Below, one piece after another: positions 12,298 to 21,507 of a stretch of 64,000 bases of DNA (its first letter is position 1; each line of letters starts with the position of its first letter). Both the position numbers and the translations under genes were made by a program. The stretch is from an uncultured Alphaproteobacteria bacterium (GTDB taxonomy: Bacteria; Pseudomonadota; Alphaproteobacteria; Caulobacterales; Caulobacteraceae): the NCBI GenBank assembly GCA_963775275.1, contig CAVZII010000005.1, positions 1,731,445 through 1,795,444 of the forward strand, given 5' to 3'. A model generated the notes under the pieces. That model had not been told where the DNA came from and made no database searches. It saw only the letters and a program-made list of their open reading frames with translations.

Positions 12298-12684
12298 TCA
12301 GACCGCGTCGATCTCGCCGTTCAAGGACTTGGCGAGGTCCAGCAGGCGCCGGCGCGGGCGCTCGCCCAGCTGGTAGTAGGCGCGGATCAGGTCCAGCGTC
12401 TCCTTGCGGGCGAACATCTCGCCCGAGGAATCCGAGCGCTCCTGCAGGGATTCCATGTGCGGCTTGTCCGAAATGCCGTCGTAGAAGTAGCCGATCGGCA
12501 CCTCCAGCGCCTCGGAAAGCTGCCACAGACGGGCGGCGGAGATTCGGTTCGCGCCGCACTCGTACTTCTGGATCTGCTGGAAGCGGACGCCGACGGCGCC
12601 GGCCAGCTGCTGCTGGGTCAGGCCCAGCAGACGCCGGCGGCGTCGCAGGCGCTTGCCCAGGTGGAGATCGATTTCGTTCGCCAT
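12298..12684 (-). CDS. Helix-turn-helix (XRE/Cro-C1 type) transcriptional regulator
   Basis: 128 aa MANEIDLHLGKRLRRRRRLLGLTQQQLAGAVGVRFQQIQKYECGANRISAARLWQLSEAL.. with a typical HTH_3 signature. Start taken at the M within the 12298..12858 ORF. Confidence 0.75.
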   Translation of the reverse strand: MANEIDLHLGKRLRRRRRLLGLTQQQLAGAVGVRFQQIQKYECGANRISAARLWQLSEALEVPIGYFYDGISDKPHMESLQERSDSSGEMFARKETLDLIRAYYQLGERPRRRLLDLAKSLNGEIDAV

Positions 12685-12850
12685 GATCGAGGCCCCTTGG
12701 TCGTTCTCTGGCCCGTCCCGTTTCGGGACGGATCGCCCGACAAGCGGCAAAGCTCGTGCCGGACGGGAGCGCGCCCGCCCGTCCTCCCGCAATGATGGGT
12801 CTGGCGCCGGCTTCATTGCGCCGCTGGGGCCCCCCGGATAAGCAGCCGCA

Positions 12851-13837
12851 GTGAACACCCGTTCCTCGACAATCTGGCGACAGCTCGGCTGGCGCGCCGA
12901 GGCTGCGGGCTACGATGCGCTGGCCTTGCTGGTGCGGCGCCTGCCCGTGGACCTCGTCTCGGCGCTGGGCGGGGCGGTGGTGGGCGCGCTCGGCCCCCTG
13001 ACGAAGCGGCACGCGGTGATCCTGCGCAATCTCGAGCTCGCCTTCCCGGAGAAGACCTCCGCCGAGCGCGAGGCCCTGGCCCGCGAGCACTGGCGCGTGA
13101 TCGGGCGCACCTTCGCCGAGTTCCCGCTGGTGGACCGCCTGACGCCCGCGAGCGGCCGCGTCGAGATCGAGGGGCTGGATCGGCTGACCGAGCTCGCCCG
13201 CACGGGGGAGGCCGCGGTCCTGATCTCGGGACACCTGTCGAACTGGGAGATCATGATGGCCGTGATCGTCCAGTCGGGTCTGAAATGCCGCGTCAGCTAC
13301 CGTCCGGCCAACAACCCCTTCACCGACCGGCGCATCATCGAGGCGCGCCGCCGCTACGGCGTGCGGCTGGAGGCGGCCAAGGGCGGAGAGGGCACGCGGG
13401 CGCTGCTGTCCGCGCTGAACAAGGGGGAGTCGGTCGCCCTGCTCAACGACCAGCGCGACTCCTCGGGGGTGGAGGCGCCGTTCTTCGGATGGCCCGTCCG
13501 CACCGCGCCCGGCCCGGCGCGCCTGGCCCTGCGCTACGGCGGGCGGCTGATCCCCATGTCGGTGGCGCGCACCCGCGGCGCGCGGTTCCGCGTCGTCATC
13601 CACCCGCCGATCGAGCTGGAGCGCACGGGCGACCGTCCACGCGACCTTCAGGCCGCGGTCGCCAAGATCAACGCCTTCATCGAATCCTGCATCCGCGCGC
13701 GGCCGGCCGAGTGGCTATGGTCGCACCGGCGCTGGCCGCTGGAGCACTATGCCGACCTCGACGGCGGGCGGCGCGCTCAGCCGCTGGCCGACGCCTTGCC
13801 CTCGGCGTCGTCGCAGCGCCGCCAGGGACCCGCGTAA
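12851..13837 (+). CDS. lpxL: Lipid A biosynthesis lauroyl/myristoyl acyltransferase (LpxL/HtrB/MsbB family, LPLAT superfamily)
   Basis: 328 aa with full-length similarity to Kdo2-lipid IVA late acyltransferases (..ISGHLSNWE..NDQRDSSG..). Family-level call only. Confidence 0.75.
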   Translation: MNTRSSTIWRQLGWRAEAAGYDALALLVRRLPVDLVSALGGAVVGALGPLTKRHAVILRNLELAFPEKTSAEREALAREHWRVIGRTFAEFPLVDRLTPASGRVEIEGLDRLTELARTGEAAVLISGHLSNWEIMMAVIVQSGLKCRVSYRPANNPFTDRRIIEARRRYGVRLEAAKGGEGTRALLSALNKGESVALLNDQRDSSGVEAPFFGWPVRTAPGPARLALRYGGRLIPMSVARTRGARFRVVIHPPIELERTGDRPRDLQAAVAKINAFIESCIRARPAEWLWSHRRWPLEHYADLDGGRRAQPLADALPSASSQRRQGPA

Positions 13838-14292
13838 GCCGGGTCCTGACGCCGACGCCGGTCGGGACCGAAGTAGCCCTCGGTCTTCACGAACGGCCGC
13901 TGCCGATAGATCACGTTGTTCAGCCGGTCCAGCACCGCGCGGGCGGTCACGGGCTTGACGATGAACTCGGTCACCCCGGCGTCGCGCGCCTCCATCACCC
14001 GGGAGCGCTCGGCGTAGCCCGTCAGCATGATGATCGGCAGATAGGGGTTCGGGCTGTCGGCCGCCTGGCGCACCAGGCGGGTGAACTCCACCCCGTCCAC
14101 CGGCTTCATGTGGAAGTCCACGATCGCGACGTCGGCGGGCCATTGGCGCAGGGCGTCGAGCGCCTCGGCCCCGTCCCAGCACTCGCGCACCTGCTCGACG
14201 CCGACGGCCGACAGCACCGCCGAGACGATCGAGCGCATATGCTGGTTGTCGTCCACCAGCAGCACGCGGATGGCTTTCAAAGCCGACGTCAT
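13777..14292 (-). CDS. Single-domain response regulator (CheY-like receiver with short C-terminal extension)
   Basis: 171 aa MTSALKAIRVLLVDDNQHMR..VAIVDFHMKPVDG..IIMLTGY..FIVKP. The Asp pocket, phospho-acceptor Asp, and conserved Thr and Lys are all present. Its 3' end overlaps the convergent lpxL by about 60 nt. Confidence 0.8.
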   Translation of the reverse strand: MTSALKAIRVLLVDDNQHMRSIVSAVLSAVGVEQVRECWDGAEALDALRQWPADVAIVDFHMKPVDGVEFTRLVRQAADSPNPYLPIIMLTGYAERSRVMEARDAGVTEFIVKPVTARAVLDRLNNVIYRQRPFVKTEGYFGPDRRRRQDPAYAGPWRRCDDAEGKASASG

Positions 14293-14406
14293 AGATCGGG
14301 CCCCTGACCGAACGCTCGCACAATTCCCACCCACCACGAATAACGGGCGCGAGAAAACACCGGAAGGCTTAACAAAGGCTGCAAACCGGGCCTGCGCGGC
14401 GGGCCG

Positions 14407-15273
14407 CTAAGGGGCCGCCGCCCCAATCATGAGCATGGGATCCAGGTGCTCGCCCCGCCACCAGAGCCGCCAGCACAGATGCGGCCCGGTCGCGCGGCCT
14501 TCCTTGCCCACGGCGCCGATGACCTGGCCCCGCGAGACCATCTGGCCCTCCTCAACCGCGACCTTGGACAGATGAAGGTACAGGCTGATCAACCCCTGGC
14601 CGTGGTCGATCATGATCAGCCCGCCTTCGTAGTGCAGTCCCGTCCGGGCGAGAGAAACGACCCCTGCCGCCGGGGCCATGACCGGCGTCCCGATCGGGGC
14701 GGCCAGGTCGTCTCCGTAGTGCGGCCGCTTGGGCTCGCCGTCCAGGATCCGCTGGCCGCCGAAGCGGGCGGTGAGGCGGTAATGCGCCAGGGGCGCGCTG
14801 AAGCCGTCCTTGAAGTCGTCCAGGTCCGCGCGGCTGGAGAAGCCGACCTTCTTGATCGCGACCTCGCGGGCGATCCGGGCCAGGAGAGCCGGGTCGCGCG
14901 GCGCGACCTGGTTCCGGGGCAGACCATTCATCCTCTGGATGTCGAATGAGCCCTTGGCGATCGGCGTCGGATGATCGCTCACGCCCGCGGAGGTTCTGAC
15001 GCGGATGTCCACCTGGGACGGCGCGTCCCGGTCGAAGCCCACGACGAACAGACCGTCGGAAGAGGCCCGACCCTGGTCGATCCCGTCGACGAACACCTCG
15101 GCGCGCGGCTCGGTTCGCCCGATGGCGAAGCCGCCCTGCACGAAGCGGCCGCCGAGCTCGAGCCCCGGCGGGGCGGCCAGCGCGGGAAGGGCGACCAGGG
15201 CCAGTCCCGCCGCCAGGGCCGCGGCGGGGCCGCTCAGGCGCCGGCGGGCTTGTGCGCGTTCAGCTCCAGCCAC
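14407..15273 (-). CDS. M23-family metallopeptidase (LytM/NlpD-like) with signal peptide
   Basis: C-terminal domain ..HYGDDLAAPIGTPVMAPAAGVV..LIMIDHGQGLISLYLHLSK..GAVGKEGRATGPHLCWRLWW (the HxxxD and HxH motifs of peptidase M23). Proposed GTG start at 15273 gives a VAGAERAQARRRLSGPAAALAAGLALVALPALAAP signal peptide; the start is uncertain. Confidence 0.7.
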   Translation of the reverse strand: MAGAERAQARRRLSGPAAALAAGLALVALPALAAPPGLELGGRFVQGGFAIGRTEPRAEVFVDGIDQGRASSDGLFVVGFDRDAPSQVDIRVRTSAGVSDHPTPIAKGSFDIQRMNGLPRNQVAPRDPALLARIAREVAIKKVGFSSRADLDDFKDGFSAPLAHYRLTARFGGQRILDGEPKRPHYGDDLAAPIGTPVMAPAAGVVSLARTGLHYEGGLIMIDHGQGLISLYLHLSKVAVEEGQMVSRGQVIGAVGKEGRATGPHLCWRLWWRGEHLDPMLMIGAAAP

Positions 15274-15464
15274 CGCGCCGTCGCCTCCTTCGGGCTCGCA
15301 TAGGCCTCCTGCAGCACCGGGTTCCAGTAGCGCAGCGCCGGCAGGGGGATCTTCACGCCCGTGACGGCGCACAGGACGTAACGTCCAGGCTTCAGCACGG
15401 CATAGTCGCCGTCGCCGTAGTGGAGGACGGCGAGCTCGCCCAGGTTCTTGTCATGTGTGTTCAC
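15234..15464 (-). CDS. Small conserved protein (DUF2093-like)
   Basis: 76 aa MNTHDKNLGELAVLHYGDGDYAVLKPGRYVLCAVTGVKIPLPALRYWNPVLQEAYASP. Compact, native codon usage; the family assignment is from memory. Confidence 0.55.
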   Translation of the reverse strand: MNTHDKNLGELAVLHYGDGDYAVLKPGRYVLCAVTGVKIPLPALRYWNPVLQEAYASPKEATARWLELNAHKPAGA

Positions 15465-15509
15465 GCCGCGATCCTAACCGGCCCGGCCGGTCCGCGTCCA
15501 ATGGCGTGA

Positions 15510-16967
15510 TCAGAACAGATCGCCCTGGCCCGGCGTCTTGGCCGCCGGCCGGCCTCGCCGGGCGGGAGCCTGGGCTGGAGGGGCCTGGTCCGCGCGGGAC
15601 GGCGCGCCATCGACCACGGCTCCGCGCGCCCCGTCGATGAACACCAGCCGGACGGCCTCGCCCGACCGCAGCGAGGCGGCCGTGCGCGCGAGGGCCCCGT
15701 CGGCGTGGTGGACCCGCGCGAAGCCCCGCTCGAGCGGCCGGTCCGGGCTCGCGGACTCCAGGAGCCGGCCCAGAGCCGCGAGCCGCTCCTGCGCGCGCTG
15801 CAGGTTGCGACCGAACGACGGCCCAATCCGCGCCGTGAGCTGGGCCAGGCGCTCGGCCTGGATCCGCCGGGGCCGGTCGAGCAGGGCGGGCCGCAGGCGC
15901 GAGGCCGAGCGTTCCAGGCGCAGGCGATGGACCGCGACGTTGCGCTCCAGCGCGGCGGCGAGGCGGCTGGAGGCCTGGTCGAACCGCTGACTCGCCAGGG
16001 CCAGGATGTCGGTGGGCCGAGGCAGGCCCCGAGTGGCGGCGGCCAGGCGCATGCGCGCGTCGTCCAGCACCCGCGCGCCGCCGCGCACCAGCCGGCGCTG
16101 GTGGTCGGCGATCAGGGCCCTCAGCTCGGCGAGCACGGGGGTCGCGATCTCGGCCGCGGCAGTTGGGGTCGGGGCGCGCCGGTCGGAGACGAAGTCGATC
16201 AGGGTGGTGTCGGTCTCGTGCCCCACCGCCGAGATCAGCGGGATGGCGCTGCTCGCCGCCGTGCGCGCCAGGGCTTCGTCGTTGAAGGGCCACAGATCCT
16301 CCACCGAGCCGCCGCCGCGGGCCACGATCAGCACGTCGGGCCGGGGAACGGGACCGCCCTCGCCGATGGCGTTGAAGCCGCGGATCGCGGCGCTGACCTG
16401 GGCGGCGGCCTGTTCGCCCTGGACGGTCACCGGCCAGACCACGACGCGGCAGGGCCAGCGGTCGCGGATGCGGTGCAGGATGTCGCGGATGACCGCGCCG
16501 GTGGGACTGGTGATCACGCCCACGACCGCGGGCATGGACGGCAGCGGACGCTTGCGCGAAGCCTCGAACAGGCCCTCGGCGCGGAGCTTCTCCTTGAGCT
16601 TCTCGAGCTGGGCCAGGAGCGCGCCGATCCCGGCGGCCTCCATGGTCTCGATCACGATCTGGTAGCGCGAGCCCATGGGATAGGTGGTCACCTTGCCGGT
16701 GACGATCACCTCCAGCCCCTGCTCGGGCCGCACCTGAAGGCTCCGGACGCTTCCCTTCCACACCACCCCGTCGATGGCCGCCCGCTCGTCCTTGAGCGTC
16801 AGGTAGACGTGGCCGTTGGAGTGGAAGGTGACCTTGGAGAGCTCCCCCCTCAGGCGCACGAAGCCGTAGGCGTCCTCGAGCGTGCGCTTGAGCGCGAAGG
16901 ACAGCTCCGAGACCGAGTAGGGCCGGGCGTTGCCTTCCGAGTCGGTCGGGGCGTCGGCGATGCTCAC
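15510..16967 (-). CDS. xseA: Exodeoxyribonuclease VII large subunit
   Basis: 485 aa with an N-terminal OB-fold (..[23 protein letters not shown]..) and the ExoVII_large catalytic region (..[16 protein letters not shown]..). Confidence 0.9.
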   Translation of the reverse strand: MSIADAPTDSEGNARPYSVSELSFALKRTLEDAYGFVRLRGELSKVTFHSNGHVYLTLKDERAAIDGVVWKGSVRSLQVRPEQGLEVIVTGKVTTYPMGSRYQIVIETMEAAGIGALLAQLEKLKEKLRAEGLFEASRKRPLPSMPAVVGVITSPTGAVIRDILHRIRDRWPCRVVVWPVTVQGEQAAAQVSAAIRGFNAIGEGGPVPRPDVLIVARGGGSVEDLWPFNDEALARTAASSAIPLISAVGHETDTTLIDFVSDRRAPTPTAAAEIATPVLAELRALIADHQRRLVRGGARVLDDARMRLAAATRGLPRPTDILALASQRFDQASSRLAAALERNVAVHRLRLERSASRLRPALLDRPRRIQAERLAQLTARIGPSFGRNLQRAQERLAALGRLLESASPDRPLERGFARVHHADGALARTAASLRSGEAVRLVFIDGARGAVVDGAPSRADQAPPAQAPARRGRPAAKTPGQGDLF

Positions 16968-17027
16968 GCGCCGAGCATAGAGCGTGTTCGGGCCAGATCG
17001 AATCGTTTGCGCCGCCGAGCCGCCGGC

Positions 17028-17207
17028 TCAGCTGCCTGTGACTTTCCTGAAGATCGTCAGCCCCAGGATCAGGAAGGCCACGAACAGAACCAGGAACAGG
17101 AAGAACAGGGCCTTGGCCAGGCCCATGGCGACACCGGCCACGCCGGTGAAGCCCAAGGCGCCCGCGATCAGGGCGATCACCAGGAAGATCAGCGCCCACT
17201 TCAGCAT
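17028..17207 (-). CDS. UPF0391/DUF1328 small membrane protein (YtjA-like)
   Basis: 59 aa, absent from the ORF track because it is under 60 aa. [59 protein letters not shown] is the characteristic two-TM UPF0391 sequence. Confidence 0.6.
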   Translation of the reverse strand: MLKWALIFLVIALIAGALGFTGVAGVAMGLAKALFFLFLVLFVAFLILGLTIFRKVTGS

Positions 17208-17267
17208 GCCGAGGTCTCCTTCGAACGGCGACGCTGAAGGAACGCGCGGTCCGGCGCCGGGTTCACC

Positions 17268-17915
17268 TCAGGCGCGTTCGGCCAGGCCCTCGGCGATGGA
17301 GCGATTGATCGCCGCCACGGCGGCCGCAGGGCCCTCGGGGCTGGCCCAGACGCCGGCGCAGACCGCCAGGAAGTCCGCGCCCGCCGCCGCCAGCTCGCGC
17401 GCATTGGCGGCCGTGATCCCGCCGATGGCGACGCAGGGCGTCTGCATCGTCTCCTGCCAGATGGTCAGCATCTCCGGGTCCGCGCGGGTCTTGGCCTCCT
17501 TGGTCGCGGTTGCGAAGAAGGCGCCGAAGGCGACGTAGTCGGCTCCCGCCTCAGCCGCCTCCATGGCGAGGTGGCGGCTGGCATGGCAGGTGACGCCGAC
17601 GATGCGGCCGGGGCCGACGGCGCGCCTGGCCTCGGCGTAGGAGGCGTCCTGCTGGCCGACATGGACGCCGTCGCAGTCCAGCCGCGCGGCGAGGTCTGGC
17701 CGGTCGTTCATGATCACAGCCACGCCGCGCGGGCGGGCGAGCTCGATGGCTGCGCCGGCGACGGCGGCGATGTGGCCGTCCGGCGCGTCCTTGAGCCGGA
17801 TCTGCAGGGCCGCCACGTCGCCGCCGGACAGGGCCTCCTCGAGGCGCGCGGCGAAGGCCAATGTGTCATCCACGGTGGGCGGCGTGATCAGATAGAGGCG
17901 GCAGCGGTCAGCCAC
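17268..17915 (-). CDS. thiE: Thiamine-phosphate synthase
   Basis: 215 aa with full-length ThiE similarity (..[24 protein letters not shown]..). Confidence 0.9.
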   Translation of the reverse strand: MADRCRLYLITPPTVDDTLAFAARLEEALSGGDVAALQIRLKDAPDGHIAAVAGAAIELARPRGVAVIMNDRPDLAARLDCDGVHVGQQDASYAEARRAVGPGRIVGVTCHASRHLAMEAAEAGADYVAFGAFFATATKEAKTRADPEMLTIWQETMQTPCVAIGGITAANARELAAAGADFLAVCAGVWASPEGPAAAVAAINRSIAEGLAERA

Positions 17916-17917
17916 GG

Positions 17918-18073
17918 TCAGCGCAGGAGCACGAAGGGGACCCTCAGGAGATAGGCGAGGACGATGGTGACCGCGGCGGCGGCCGTGGCGATGCCGGCGA
18001 ACCAGCCCAGGCGGATCAGAAGGGACCCTGGAGGCGCGCCCGGCTCGGGCGGTCCCTCAATGATAGCCCGCAT
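17918..18073 (-). CDS. Small hydrophobic protein downstream of cydB (DUF2474/CydX-like candidate)
   Basis: 51 aa [51 protein letters not shown] with a single TM. It overlaps the cydB 3' end by 17 nt and abuts the thiE start. Small accessory proteins are typical of cyd operons. Confidence 0.4.
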   Translation of the reverse strand: MRAIIEGPPEPGAPPGSLLIRLGWFAGIATAAAAVTIVLAYLLRVPFVLLR

Positions 18074-19082
18074 CCGCACCCACCCGGCCGCGGAACAGCC
18101 AGTAGACGAGGGCCGTATAGCCCAGCACCAGCGGCAGCATGACCACGCCGCCGGCGAGCAGCAGGCCGAGCGCGCTGTCGGTCGAGGCGGCCTGCCGGAA
18201 GTCCAGGGCATAGGGAACGACATAGGGGAAGAAGCCGGCCGCAAGTCCGAGGTATCCGGACAGGAACACCAGGGCGGCCCCGGCGAAGGGCCAGGCCGGC
18301 GCCCCCCGCCTGAGACCGGCGGCGACCAGGGTCAGTCCGAGAAGGCCCACGAGCGGGATCGGCAGGCGGCGGATCAGGATCGGCCAGTTGACGTCGCCGC
18401 CGACGATCCCCCAGCGCTCGGCGATCGGCGGATGGACATAGAGCGTCGCCACGCTGACCGCGGCCAGGAAGACGGCCACGGCGAGGGCCGAGACCGCCGT
18501 CCAGCGGCGGGCCTTGTCGTGCAGGGCGCCCTCGGCCTTCATCACCAGCCATCCGGCGCCGAGCAGCGCATAGCCGGCGATCAGCCCCGCCGCCACCAGC
18601 AGGGAATAGGGCGTGAGCCAGTCGAAGGGGCCGCCTGCGAAGGCGTCGTTCCTGACCGTGACGCCCTGGATGAACCCGCCCAGCACCAGACCCTGGGCGA
18701 AGGTCGCCGTCAGCGACCCGCCGGCGAAGGCGGCGGTCCAGAAGCGCTTGCCGCGGCGGCGCCCGCGAAGGCGGAACTCGAAGGCGACGCCCCTCAGGAT
18801 CAGGCCGATCAGCATCAGATAGACCGGCAGGTAGAGCGCCGGCATCAGCACGGCGTAGGCCAGCGGGAAGGCCGCGAACAGGCCGCCGCCGCCCAGCACC
18901 AGCCAGGTCTCGTTGCCGTCCCAGACCGGCGCGATGGACGCCATCATCACATCCCGCTCCTTGGGATCGCGCGCGAGCGGGAAGAGGATGCCGACGCCCA
19001 GGTCGAAACCGTCCAGCAGCACATAAAGCAGCACCGCCAGGGCGATCAGCCCGGCCCAGATCAGGGGCAGGTCCAGGCTCAC
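18057..19082 (-). CDS. cydB: Cytochrome bd ubiquinol oxidase subunit II
   Basis: 341 aa VSLDLPLIWAGLIALAVLLYVLLDGFDLGVGILFPLA..PVWDGNETWLV.., the CydB signature. GTG start overlaps the cydA TGA (GTGA). Confidence 0.9.
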   Translation of the reverse strand: MSLDLPLIWAGLIALAVLLYVLLDGFDLGVGILFPLARDPKERDVMMASIAPVWDGNETWLVLGGGGLFAAFPLAYAVLMPALYLPVYLMLIGLILRGVAFEFRLRGRRRGKRFWTAAFAGGSLTATFAQGLVLGGFIQGVTVRNDAFAGGPFDWLTPYSLLVAAGLIAGYALLGAGWLVMKAEGALHDKARRWTAVSALAVAVFLAAVSVATLYVHPPIAERWGIVGGDVNWPILIRRLPIPLVGLLGLTLVAAGLRRGAPAWPFAGAALVFLSGYLGLAAGFFPYVVPYALDFRQAASTDSALGLLLAGGVVMLPLVLGYTALVYWLFRGRVGADAGYH

Positions 19083-20473
19083 GGCGCATCCTCCGGCGCA
19101 TCCTCCGGCGCGGCCGCCAGAGGCGAGCCGGGCGCGCGCGGCGTGGCCGGGGCGGCCTCGACCGCGCCCGGCAGCGGGCCCGCGCCGATCAGGCGCAGGA
19201 TGTAGAGCGCCCCCACGGTGAAGACGACGGCGTAGACGACCAGGAAGGCCAGGAGCGAGGCGCCGACCTGGCCGCCGCTCACGGGCGAGACGGCATCGGC
19301 GGTGCGCAGCGCCCCGAACACCGCGTAGGGCTGGCGGCCCACCTCGGCGGTGGTCCAACCGGCGATCACGGCGATGAACCCGGCCGGCCCCATGGCGACC
19401 GTGGCGACGAGGAAGGGCCGAGTGCGCTCGATGCGCCCACGGATCCATAGCCACGCGCCCCAAAGGCCGAGACCGATCATCAGAAGGCCCAGGCCGACCA
19501 TGATGCGGAAGGCCCAGAACACGACGACTGCCGGCGGCTGGTCGTCCCGTGGGAAGGCCTTGAGCCCGGTCACCACCGCCGAGGTCCTGCCGTGGGTGAT
19601 CCAGCTGCCGAGGCCCGGCACGGCGAGGTCCCAGTCATTTCCCTGTCGTTTGCGGTCGGGCCACGCCACGATGTGGAACGGCTGGGCCGGGCGCGTGTCC
19701 CAGAACGCCTCGATGGCCGCGAGCTTGGAGGGCTGGAGCTGGCCGACCAGCTTGCCCGAAGCGTCGCCGAGCAGGAGCTGGAGCGGCGCCACGATCGCGA
19801 ACATGCCGATGGCCATGCGAAGGGCGATGCGGGACTCCGGCTGGGCCGGGTCCTTCAGGAGTCGCCAGGCCGAGGCGGCGCCGACGACCAGGGCGGTCGA
19901 CAGATAGGCCGCCAGCACCATGTGGGCCAAGCGCAGGGGGAAGGTCGGCGAGAAGATCACAGCCAGCCAGTCGCGGGAGACGAAGCGGCCCGTCGCGTCC
20001 ACCGTGAAGCCGGTCGGGTACTGCATCCAGCTGTTGGCCGAGATGATCCAGAACGCCGACACCAGGGTGCCGAGGGCGACGAGGCAGGTGGCCAGGAAAT
20101 GCAGGCCCGGCCCCACCTTCTTCCAGCCGAACAGCATGACGCCCAGGAAGCTGGCCTCCAGGAAGAAGGCGGTCAGCACCTCGAAGCCCAGCAAGGGGCC
20201 GAGCACCGGGCCGGTGCGCGCGGAAAACACGCTCCAGTTGGCGCCGAACTGGTAGCTCATCACCACGCCGGACACGACGCCCATGCCGAAGGAGATGGCG
20301 AAGATCTTGAGCCAGTAGAGATAGAGGATCTTGAAGGCGGTGCGCCCGGTCTTGAGCCACAGCCCCTCGAGCACCGCCAGATAGCTCGCGAGCCCGATGG
20401 TGAAGCTCGGGAAGACGATGTGCCAGGCGACGGTGAAGGCGAACTGCAGCCGCGAGAGCAGGAGCGCGTCCAT
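19079..20473 (-). CDS. cydA: Cytochrome bd ubiquinol oxidase subunit I
   Basis: 464 aa MDALLLSRLQFAFTVAWHIVFPSFTIGLASY..GWKKVGPGLHF.. (Q-loop and heme ligands). ATG lies inside the longer 19079..20950 ORF. Confidence 0.9.
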   Translation of the reverse strand: MDALLLSRLQFAFTVAWHIVFPSFTIGLASYLAVLEGLWLKTGRTAFKILYLYWLKIFAISFGMGVVSGVVMSYQFGANWSVFSARTGPVLGPLLGFEVLTAFFLEASFLGVMLFGWKKVGPGLHFLATCLVALGTLVSAFWIISANSWMQYPTGFTVDATGRFVSRDWLAVIFSPTFPLRLAHMVLAAYLSTALVVGAASAWRLLKDPAQPESRIALRMAIGMFAIVAPLQLLLGDASGKLVGQLQPSKLAAIEAFWDTRPAQPFHIVAWPDRKRQGNDWDLAVPGLGSWITHGRTSAVVTGLKAFPRDDQPPAVVVFWAFRIMVGLGLLMIGLGLWGAWLWIRGRIERTRPFLVATVAMGPAGFIAVIAGWTTAEVGRQPYAVFGALRTADAVSPVSGGQVGASLLAFLVVYAVVFTVGALYILRLIGAGPLPGAVEAAPATPRAPGSPLAAAPEDAPEDAP

Positions 20474-20730
20474 GGCCGCCCTTCTACGCTCTCCCGCGCC
20501 GGGGCGCACCCCCCGAACGACGTGCCGATGGCTCTCGGAACGAGCGGCGAGCGCGCCCGTGCCGGACCGTCGGCGAAGCGCTGCCGCAGGCGCCGGCGGC
20601 GGGAGAGACCGCCGACGAAGGCGTCGTGCTCGACAGCACCGGCGCGATGATCTCGCGCATCTCGCCGGATCCGTGGGTGGCGCCGGCCGGCTTCGGCCGC
20701 AAGTTCCGAGACCGGGGCGCGCGGCGGCGC

Positions 20731-21210
20731 TCAGCCCGCGAGGGCGCGCAGCGCCGCCAGCCGCGCGAAGGCCAGGGTCAGCGCCTTGCGCCGCGCCGGC
20801 GCGAGCGGCGTTTCCGGCGCGTCCTGCACCACCGCCCCACCGAACCCGTCGGCGACGATCAGACCCGGCCCGTCGGGCAGGACCGCGGTGGGGAACTCCG
20901 GCGCCACGGCGAAGTAGAAGGCGTCGCAGAACGGAAGGTACTCGCCCCACTTGCGGTCGGTGCGGAAGTCCTCCAGCCCCGACTTCACCTCGCAGATGAC
21001 GATCCGGCCCTTGGGCGAGAGCGCCATGATGTCGGCCCGGCGGCCGTTCGGCAGGCCCACTTCCAGGAGCGGCGCATAGCCGAGGTCGATCATCAGCCGG
21101 GCCGCGCCGCGGGTGACCGCGCTCGTGGTCTCGGGCCGCGACAGCTCGACGATGGTGAGCTCGACGTCCACCGGGCCATCCTGTTTCGGTTTTGTTCCGG
21201 AATCAACCAC
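20731..21210 (-). CDS. MmcB-family DNA repair protein (PD-(D/E)xK nuclease-like)
   Basis: 159 aa ..RADIMALSPKGRIVICEVKSGLEDFRTDRKW.. has the restriction-endonuclease-like D..ExK signature. Family call from memory. Confidence 0.65.
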   Translation of the reverse strand: MVDSGTKPKQDGPVDVELTIVELSRPETTSAVTRGAARLMIDLGYAPLLEVGLPNGRRADIMALSPKGRIVICEVKSGLEDFRTDRKWGEYLPFCDAFYFAVAPEFPTAVLPDGPGLIVADGFGGAVVQDAPETPLAPARRKALTLAFARLAALRALAG

Positions 21211-21214
21211 GCCA

Positions 21215-21385
21215 TCAGCGGTCGAACCAGTTGGACGGCCCGAACAGCAGCCAGGGCAGGAACAGCAGCGGAAAGCAGATCCACAGGGCGATGTCGGGCA
21301 GGCGCAGAAGCAGGTGCAGCGCCAGGACCCCGGCCCAGACGACGGCCAGCTGTTTCAGCGCCTTCCTGCCCCGCCTGTCCAGCAT
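21215..21385 (-). CDS. Hypothetical small membrane protein
   Basis: 56 aa MLDRRGRKALKQLAVVWAGVLALHLLLRLPDIALWICFPLLFLPWLLFGPSNWFDR. High GC3 is consistent with native coding. Not in the track because it is under 60 aa. Confidence 0.35.
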   Translation of the reverse strand: MLDRRGRKALKQLAVVWAGVLALHLLLRLPDIALWICFPLLFLPWLLFGPSNWFDR

Positions 21386-21507
21386 GGGGACAGTCTAACA
21401 CGCGCGGCCAGCCGGACGGCCGAAGATGGACGCCCCTTAACTTGTGCGTTCCACGCGCCTCTTCCTATGGTGCGGCGACGCTTTCCATCCGCCGCACGGT
21501 GCTGCAC

